33,432 nucleotides of DNA, from positions 1-33,432 of the IMG/VR virus record IMGVR_UViG_3300025575_000034. One strand, given 5' to 3'. This stretch comes from a virus (Duplodnaviria > Caudoviricetes). This document shows, in pieces, positions 26,745 through 33,432 of the stretch. The position numbers and the translations under genes are program-made. The notes beneath the pieces are model-generated. The model saw only the letters and a program-made list of their open reading frames with translations, was not told the DNA's origin and did not search any database. Numbering within the stretch: position 1 is the stretch's first letter; every line of letters begins with the position of its first letter.

Positions 26745-26854
26745 GTGTAATTATTTAAAAAAACTGTTATTAAAAATTCATTTTTATTTTTTTATGTGAA
26801 AAATTATTATATTTGTGACGCAAAAGATTGCATAACACGACAAACCCATAAGGA

Positions 26855-28609
26855 GTGAGTACAGAATTTATTAAAGCGTGCATTAATTCGAGCTCAATAA
26901 GTAAGGCTGTGATTCAGGAGAAACAACTGAATTATTTACTCAACTCCAAAATTCAAGAGGATCGCTTCGACACTGAATATCTTCAGCAGTGGGCAAACAG
27001 GAAATACCAGACAGACGACTATTTTTTAAACTGGGTAAAATCAATCTTCAAAACTGAAAACTTTCTTACGTTTTTCAAATACCTAAGATTCCCACTACCA
27101 TCAACAAAGATCATTCATAATCGCATTGAGCCTCAATTAATGAGGGTTTTTAATGCCGAGGATTCGGACTTTAAGTATGATATCAAGGGAAAAGATTATT
27201 CTGATTTTGCCGAAGATTTAGAAGTGAAGCGCTTTAACTCTGAAATATTTGAACGGCTACTTTACAAACACAATAGCCTGATAGTTTCCGATCTTGACCC
27301 GATGATCCCAAATACGCCATATCGATATTTTATTGACATTGCAGACGTGAAGTCAATAGAAGAGATGGGCGGTAAAATTCAGAGGATAGCATTTAAAGGA
27401 TGCGTTACCGAAATTGAAGAACCGGGCGACGAGAATAAGGTTGAACATGACATGGGTATTATTTACATCGACTGCAATACGTACGCTTTTTACGACGATA
27501 AGATGGAACTGGTTCGAGAGCAAGCGCACGACTTAGGCCATTGTCCGGTTCATTTTATTTCACCTAAAAAATTCAATGGCGACTGCATTATAAGGGAGTC
27601 GATTTTTACGTATATAAGGGAAGAGATTGAAGAGTATAACTTCATCAAAACCCTTCAGAAAATGACCGAGCCGAACGGCGCTATCCCGGTAGTATCAAAG
27701 ATTCAGTCATCTAAACCATCTGATGGTAATTCTGGGCCGCAAGGAGAGCCTGAACTTAATGGATTAATGGGATCGCAAAGGAATTCAATCTCAAATCAAA
27801 ACAATAGTTTAGGAACAGGCGATTTGCAGCCTGGTACTATTCATGAGATACCTATTGCCGCGATTAGATCAGATGATGGATCAATAAATATGGATGCAGT
27901 TAAGAATTACCTTAACTTCCATTACATCCCGATTGAATCGCTCAACTATTTAAATAATAGAATAGCAGAACTTGAGATGTCAATTATATCAACAATAGTT
28001 GGTGATTTCTCAGTGGCAAGCAGCAAAGAATCAGCAAAGAATGCAGACCAGATAGCCAAGTCTGTATCTGTACTTGAAAATACATTGATGTCATTTGCTG
28101 AAGGATTAAATAGGATCAGAAAATTATCAGATCGCGACATGTTGGCGCTTAAATATGGACCTGATCAGATTAACGAAATATTTATTCACTACGGAACTGA
28201 TTTTTTTATTGATTCGCAGGTTCAGCTTTTAGATGCACTGGCAAAGGCTCCAAATACTTTGGAGCGTAAAAATATAATTGTCAGGATCAGTCAGAACCGG
28301 TATAAGAATAACTCCGATCAAATGGCAAGGCAGAAACTTCTTTATGATCTTATGCCTTTTGTTTCAGATGCTGATTTTACGCTTGCAATAGCCCAGGGAA
28401 TAGTTAGTCAGATCAATAAGGAATACCAACTCAGGTTTAACTATTGGATTGATCAATTCGAAGCGTATTACGGCAATGTAGTCCAGTTTTACAAAGACAT
28501 GGAAACAACAAAGGCTGAAAAGCTGGTACTTATAAATAATTTGATAATAGATTTAATTTCAAAACAACAATTAATAATCAAAACAAATGAACAGAGTAAT
28601 TTGGCTTAA
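26855..28609 (+). CDS. Probable portal protein
   Basis: 584 aa, first large gene after terL, HDLGHCPVHF motif reminiscent of SPP1-like portals; TATATTTG promoter element at 26808. Confidence 0.7.
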   Translation: MSTEFIKACINSSSISKAVIQEKQLNYLLNSKIQEDRFDTEYLQQWANRKYQTDDYFLNWVKSIFKTENFLTFFKYLRFPLPSTKIIHNRIEPQLMRVFNAEDSDFKYDIKGKDYSDFAEDLEVKRFNSEIFERLLYKHNSLIVSDLDPMIPNTPYRYFIDIADVKSIEEMGGKIQRIAFKGCVTEIEEPGDENKVEHDMGIIYIDCNTYAFYDDKMELVREQAHDLGHCPVHFISPKKFNGDCIIRESIFTYIREEIEEYNFIKTLQKMTEPNGAIPVVSKIQSSKPSDGNSGPQGEPELNGLMGSQRNSISNQNNSLGTGDLQPGTIHEIPIAAIRSDDGSINMDAVKNYLNFHYIPIESLNYLNNRIAELEMSIISTIVGDFSVASSKESAKNADQIAKSVSVLENTLMSFAEGLNRIRKLSDRDMLALKYGPDQINEIFIHYGTDFFIDSQVQLLDALAKAPNTLERKNIIVRISQNRYKNNSDQMARQKLLYDLMPFVSDADFTLAIAQGIVSQINKEYQLRFNYWIDQFEAYYGNVVQFYKDMETTKAEKLVLINNLIIDLISKQQLIIKTNEQSNLA

Positions 28610-29120
28610 AACAGCGAGGGTATATGCTACGGACAGCGATATGACCGCGAAGGTGGAAAGAACCACGGTAAAACTCGAAGATGGTGACAACTTCAACAAA
28701 TTCATCAAATATATTCCATTGAAGGGATATAAAAAAGATGAGCAGCCGATCATTGATAAAGTGATGGAGAAAAAGAACGGCCAATGGGTTGAAGTTGACA
28801 AGCAAAAATGGGTAGACCAGCTAAATGAGGTATTGCAATTGAAACCTATTTCTGACGAAAAGATTGATTTTAAATTATTGGCCGAAAGACAGGCAAATGA
28901 ACTGAAAGAATCAAAAGCAAGTTTCAAGGCACTCGAAGAAAGATTGAAGGCACTGGAATCTTCAAAAGATCAGGCCAAGGCTCCGGTATTTAAAAACCAA
29001 GAAGGCGAAACTATCACCGGGCAAGATGAGGTTCCTACGTCACTCGAAAGAAGTAAGGAAATTGTAACAGCAAACGAAGAACATAAAGTAAAACAAACAA
29101 AAACAAAAAAATCAAAATAA
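28587..29120 (+). CDS. Hypothetical head-module protein
   Basis: Coiled-coil-like C-terminal half; lies between portal and scaffold. Confidence 0.6.
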   Translation: MNRVIWLKTARVYATDSDMTAKVERTTVKLEDGDNFNKFIKYIPLKGYKKDEQPIIDKVMEKKNGQWVEVDKQKWVDQLNEVLQLKPISDEKIDFKLLAERQANELKESKASFKALEERLKALESSKDQAKAPVFKNQEGETITGQDEVPTSLERSKEIVTANEEHKVKQTKTKKSK

Positions 29121-29131
29121 CATAAAAGATT

Positions 29132-30031
29132 ATGGAATTTACAGCAGAACAAATTACAGAAATGGGACTTTCTGAAGAACAGGCCGGAAAGTTAAAGACA
29201 GTTACGTCGGCATTTGAGGCTGATTTAAAGCAGTCATGGGACGGGAAGGCTAATGAAAACGCTGAAAAGATCATACAGGGTGCAGCTGATAAGGTGCAGT
29301 TAATTACAGGCATCCAAAGAGAGGGAGGCCAAAAATTAGGTGATTACCTATCCTTTGCGAGTGAGAATTATTTCAAAGGCCAAAAATCTGCATTACAACA
29401 AAAAGAGCAGGAACTTGAAAGGAAGATTAAAGAAGGCGGAGGCGACGCGACACTGAAATCACAACTTGAAAAAGTAAACGGGGAACTCGACCTATTGAAA
29501 CAAAAAGAGGCTAAGTTTTCTGATTATGAAACAAACGACTATAAAGGAAAATATGAGGCGGTAACTACTCAAATGACAGCAATGGAATTGAAAGTAGCCT
29601 TTGCAAATGTTAAGCCTGCTTTTCCTGATACGGTTAATCAGTATGAGGCTAAAGCAAAATGGAAAGAGTTCCAGGATGCGCTTTTAACCACTCACAACAT
29701 AAAACTGAATGAAGATGGTGAGCCTATTGCCATTGACAAGGCAAACGAATACAAGATTACAAAATTGTCGGATCTTGTGCAAAATGATAAATCTATTTCT
29801 GAATTGATCAAAGGACGCCAAGCTACCGGCTTAGGATCACAAGGAAAACAAAATATTAAAGTCGAGGGTGTACCCTTTGAGATTCCTGACAATGCAACAC
29901 CAGAAGAACGCAACAAGGCAATAAAAGAATATTTGACCGGAACATTGGCGTTGGCTGTAACATCTAAAGAATATGCAATAAAGTACGCTGAATTTAATAC
30001 AAAACTCCTGGAAAAGACTCCAAAAAAATAA
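29132..30031 (+). CDS. Probable capsid scaffolding protein
   Basis: Charged, coiled-coil-like protein directly upstream of the capsid candidate. Confidence 0.65.
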   Translation: MEFTAEQITEMGLSEEQAGKLKTVTSAFEADLKQSWDGKANENAEKIIQGAADKVQLITGIQREGGQKLGDYLSFASENYFKGQKSALQQKEQELERKIKEGGGDATLKSQLEKVNGELDLLKQKEAKFSDYETNDYKGKYEAVTTQMTAMELKVAFANVKPAFPDTVNQYEAKAKWKEFQDALLTTHNIKLNEDGEPIAIDKANEYKITKLSDLVQNDKSISELIKGRQATGLGSQGKQNIKVEGVPFEIPDNATPEERNKAIKEYLTGTLALAVTSKEYAIKYAEFNTKLLEKTPKK

Positions 30032-30049
30032 AGCAAATAATTTTACAAA

Positions 30050-31129
30050 ATGGCATTTTTAACAAACACTGTTCTTAATGATTTTCAAGCACTGGAAGCC
30101 CAAAACGAAAAGTTAGAAGGTAACTACGGAATGCTTGACATGGTCAGGGATAGTACCGCAAAAGTGGACTATGTCCCGCCTTCAGTTGTTACGGCTCTCA
30201 ACACTATCTCTAATTCGAGATTGGCAAAACTGCCAGTGATGAAAGATCAAACTGTAACCGTTACTACAACTCCGGGATTTTCAAACATTCCCGTAAACAT
30301 TGGCGAAAGTGATACTTATTACTTTACCGCCTTTGACATCTTCTCTGGGTTCAGGCTTTACCCTGCATCGTTTGAAAACAATCAGATCGACGCTGCATGG
30401 TGGAGAGATCAGATTACCCGCAACGTATTAAAAGCAATGGCTGTCGCAAAAGACGATATCATTGAAACCATCCTCGAGTCGCGCAAAACTCAGAAACTGG
30501 CGTTTGGTCCACAGGTTTCTCAGGGCGATGGTACTTTCACTTTTGATGAGGGTGCTGATACTTTAAGTATCAACAAAGCAGCTCAAAAGGATACGATGTT
30601 TGTGTATCTTAAAGAATTGATGCGCGCTAACCAATTGAGTGGTGATTATCGTATCGTAACATCTCCGGGTGGTTTGCTTGTTTCTGAAACTGAAGCCTTT
30701 AAATATCAGACACAACAGTCTAAAGATTTGATTTGGGCACAGTCTGCTATTCCTGCCGATCATAGGTATGTTTCTAATCAGCTTTCTCCAGGTTCTGATA
30801 ACTTCACAGGATTCTTAATGCGCGATGGTGCAATGGGTATCTATGAAAACTGGCCTTGGGATTTCCGTAATGGAACCACGGTAGCTAACAAAAAATGGTC
30901 AATCACCGACGTTGAAATGCCTTACATAAAATCACGTCCGAACTTGTTCATCAACACCGAGGCAACCGAAGCAACCTCGATTATCAGCCCTACAACTGAT
31001 TCAAATTTAATCATGACTCACTTCGAGGAAATGGCTATATGGGATCGTTTCTATGTTGTTTATCGTTACAATTCTGATCTTGCAAACAGGGTTAACGATG
31101 TTGTAAAAATCAAAGGTTTAACATCTTAA
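30050..31129 (+). CDS. Probable major capsid protein
   Basis: 359 aa, position after scaffold, capsid-like size and composition; no diagnostic motif recognised. Confidence 0.7.
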   Translation: MAFLTNTVLNDFQALEAQNEKLEGNYGMLDMVRDSTAKVDYVPPSVVTALNTISNSRLAKLPVMKDQTVTVTTTPGFSNIPVNIGESDTYYFTAFDIFSGFRLYPASFENNQIDAAWWRDQITRNVLKAMAVAKDDIIETILESRKTQKLAFGPQVSQGDGTFTFDEGADTLSINKAAQKDTMFVYLKELMRANQLSGDYRIVTSPGGLLVSETEAFKYQTQQSKDLIWAQSAIPADHRYVSNQLSPGSDNFTGFLMRDGAMGIYENWPWDFRNGTTVANKKWSITDVEMPYIKSRPNLFINTEATEATSIISPTTDSNLIMTHFEEMAIWDRFYVVYRYNSDLANRVNDVVKIKGLTS

Positions 31130-31138
31130 TTTAAAGTC

Positions 31139-31597
31139 ATGAGTAATTATAATAAAGCTCTCGCAGATTCTACGACAGTAGAAATGCCTAATGGTAAACT
31201 TGCTTATGCTCCTTCGCTCAATGGCAACCCTACTGTATTGACGGATAATTACACGATCACAGCGGCCGATAACGGGAAAACCTTTTTGATTGCCACCGAT
31301 GCGAAAGTAATTACTTTGCCCGCAACTATTGCAGGATTCGAGGTGAAAATTGTCAATTTTGGTGCGGCTGGGAATAATATCGTAACTGTATCCCCCGTTG
31401 CTGCTGATGGAATATCGGGAGTATTTACCCTTGCCGCATCCGTTGTTGTTGATGCTGGTGTAGTGAATAAAGACATCATCAACACGAAGGCAAGCGCCAC
31501 ATGTGGAGATTATGTCCGGTTATTTGGATCTGGCGTTACCGGAACTAAGGCATGGATCGTTGTTGGTTCTGCTGGTATTTGGGCGGCCGAAGGTTAA
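31139..31597 (+). CDS. Probable capsid decoration protein
   Basis: A/G/V/T-rich beta protein (YTITAADNGKTF...VITLPA) directly after the capsid gene. Confidence 0.55.
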   Translation: MSNYNKALADSTTVEMPNGKLAYAPSLNGNPTVLTDNYTITAADNGKTFLIATDAKVITLPATIAGFEVKIVNFGAAGNNIVTVSPVAADGISGVFTLAASVVVDAGVVNKDIINTKASATCGDYVRLFGSGVTGTKAWIVVGSAGIWAAEG

Positions 31598-31610
31598 TAA
31601 ATAACGAATT

Positions 31611-32759
31611 ATGGCAGCTTTAGCTTTTGCAGAAGACTTCACATCTGATATTTTATTAGACTCCGATTTATTGGGAACTCCCGATTCTGGATTATTCTGG
31701 AATCGTGGAGTACACCCGATAGTAACGTTAGATAATTTACTGGCAATGCTTCCAAGTTTGGCGGCTACATTCACAGCCTATTCCGATTCTTTGACTTATT
31801 CAAAGTTTGAGACAAGTCGGAAACGTTCGGACGTGGTATTGTATAACAGTAAAATCTATCGCTCACTTTTGGATTCAAATATAAATCATACGCCAGGCGC
31901 GATAGGATCATCGATTTATTGGTTAGAGACAACGCTTCCGTCATTGAAAGTAAAGTCTTTTATCTGGTCAGTTGAAGATAACGTTACATCTGCACTTGCT
32001 CTTAATCGTCGCCTTGTTGAAAGTCAGTATATCTACAACTTAGGATCGAAGATAACTCAACTCTCGAATGATTGGTCCGGATGGGCATTTGAGCCGAAAG
32101 GTTCAGATTACATTAAAATCCGGATCAATCAAATGAGTTTACAGGCAGATACAACAGATCCTGTTGATGTTTTTGTGATCAATCAGGGCGTATTGAAGGC
32201 AACAATTGTCTTGAATCCTTCGGACGGTTCGCTGGCATTCGAAACGGCTCCGTATATCATTTCTGGGAAAGGCGTATTTTATTTTGTGTTTGCCTCTCAG
32301 GCCGTTCTTTGTGAAGGTTCATATAATGATCCTTTGAGGTACGAAGGCTTTATTTGCTATCCCGTTAATGGAATCGGACCTATTGCTAAAGATGCTGCTT
32401 ATTCTGCTGGCTCAAGTGCAAATGGTTTAAATTTTAATGTTTCTGCATATCTTGATTCATCTGTTTATCTCGAAAATAACAAAGTTGATTTTGCGAAGTT
32501 TTATCAGGCTCAGTTCGAACTTGACTTTTTGAAATTGGCTACAACGAACGGGAATACAGAATCAAACAGGGAGCAAAGGAACTTGAATAATGACCGCACA
32601 TTGTCACTACTTGCTACTGAGTCATTAAACAATGAACTCAATACGGTTGCACGAAATTACATGCAACAAAAGAAAACTGCTATCGACGCGATCAATAAGA
32701 CCTTTGATAAATATCTCTATGTTCCAGTTGGATGGGATGTAACACATTCGGTAATATGA
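31611..32759 (+). CDS. Virion structural protein (possible head-tail adaptor with small carbohydrate-binding-like insert)
   Basis: Position; DVVLYNSKIYRSL...NINHTPG...YW resembles CBM5/12-like modules. Confidence 0.5.
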   Translation: MAALAFAEDFTSDILLDSDLLGTPDSGLFWNRGVHPIVTLDNLLAMLPSLAATFTAYSDSLTYSKFETSRKRSDVVLYNSKIYRSLLDSNINHTPGAIGSSIYWLETTLPSLKVKSFIWSVEDNVTSALALNRRLVESQYIYNLGSKITQLSNDWSGWAFEPKGSDYIKIRINQMSLQADTTDPVDVFVINQGVLKATIVLNPSDGSLAFETAPYIISGKGVFYFVFASQAVLCEGSYNDPLRYEGFICYPVNGIGPIAKDAAYSAGSSANGLNFNVSAYLDSSVYLENNKVDFAKFYQAQFELDFLKLATTNGNTESNREQRNLNNDRTLSLLATESLNNELNTVARNYMQQKKTAIDAINKTFDKYLYVPVGWDVTHSVI

Positions 32760-33265
32760 GCAAAGGAATCGACATAGCGATTAATGATTTACTGGCAGAC
32801 TTTAATTCATATCTGTGGACTTCAAATGTTCGTAGTTTTTATGGCCGGGTATTCAGAAATGAGCGCTTTGGTAAATTAGCTCCTGAGGTTTGGATTACAC
32901 CAGATAGTTATGTTGAGGTTCTGAAAGACACGTCAAAAGATGCTCAATGTTTTTTCGATGTTCAACCGAACATTCCAATGAAAGCCGATATTTGTACCGC
33001 TGATGTTTGGTTGTGTTTTATGGTTAATCTCGCAAAACTTTACCCGACATTAACCAGATCAGAGGCAACAGAACAGGTACACGAAGATGTGTTAGAATTG
33101 ATACTTTCAAGCCAATTTACAGTTGACGGTAACGGTTTGATTCCGGGATTTACAGGGTTTAAAGATTACGATTGGGGCGAAGACGGCGCGCAAACAAAGG
33201 CTGATATGTCGCCACATTATTTATTTAGATTTAATTTACAAACAATTTATACAAATTTGATATGA
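32756..33265 (+). CDS. Possible neck/tail-completion protein
   Basis: Position and size; coupled to both neighbours by ATGA-type overlaps. Confidence 0.45.
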   Translation: MSKGIDIAINDLLADFNSYLWTSNVRSFYGRVFRNERFGKLAPEVWITPDSYVEVLKDTSKDAQCFFDVQPNIPMKADICTADVWLCFMVNLAKLYPTLTRSEATEQVHEDVLELILSSQFTVDGNGLIPGFTGFKDYDWGEDGAQTKADMSPHYLFRFNLQTIYTNLI

Positions 33266-33432
33266 AAACATTGAAACGTTCAGGAAACGGATTAAGCAAG
33301 CAGTTTTTGCCTGATGTCGAGGGGATGATCGTACTTGACCCCGGAACCACAACCACGCTTGCACTTGCAAAAACAGCGGCAGGATGGGGAGCACATATTA
33401 ACCCAGATACATCTGCGGCTATTGCTGGAACA
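33262..33432 (+). CDS. N-terminus of a structural protein (possibly major tail protein), truncated by window edge
   Basis: Open frame MKTLKRSGNGLSKQFLPDVEGMIVLDPG... running to the end of the window. Confidence 0.45.
   Translation, partial: MKTLKRSGNGLSKQFLPDVEGMIVLDPGTTTTLALAKTAAGWGAHINPDTSAAIAGT

Noticed and set aside
1336-31774. Remaining minus-strand and nested alternative-frame ORFs in the track
   Set aside because: They lie over well-supported + strand genes and show no recognisable motifs
1-33432. Stop-codon reassignment (e.g. TAG read as Gln)
   Set aside because: All large genes are intact in the standard code; TAG ends ORF 26410-26622 and the tmRNA tag; only one in-frame TAG was seen
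1-33432. Diversity-generating retroelement or retron
   Set aside because: No reverse transcriptase motifs and no adenine-specific template/variable repeat pair noticed; the two HNH-AP2 genes differ at all base types

Overview
This is a 33.4-kb, AT-rich segment of a tailed dsDNA phage or prophage, almost certainly from a Bacteroidota host: TAnnTTTG promoters, A-rich start regions without Shine-Dalgarno sites, a DUF3127-type SSB and a Bacteroidota-style tmRNA. All credible genes are on the + strand. Gene order is: end of the lysis module (endolysin, holin, u-spanin-like lipoprotein); early/middle region (YopX, three DNA methyltransferases, Rad52/Sak recombinase, SSB, replication initiator with iterons, primase-helicase, VRR-NUC nuclease, two HNH-AP2 endonucleases, many small ORFs, tRNAs); packaging and head genes (TerS, NUMOD4-HNH, TerL, an inserted small-gene block, probable portal, scaffold, major capsid, neck, start of a tail gene). 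No integrase or CI-like repressor is visible. The most interesting signals are non-coding. (1) A candidate ~66-nt sRNA at about 1811-1876 whose 5' end is the reverse complement of a TAAAAACGAT motif lying just upstream of about 13 early-gene start codons. (2) A compact, circularly permuted two-piece tmRNA with tag (A)GKTIEMKMAA. (3) A seven-copy AACATGTT-N4-ARCAKSTT box, usually at a fixed distance from a promoter. (4) Two HNH-AP2 leaders with different sequences but the same pseudoknot/terminator fold. (5) Aberrant tRNA-like genes sharing one T-arm. All family assignments come from motif recognition by eye, not from database searches.
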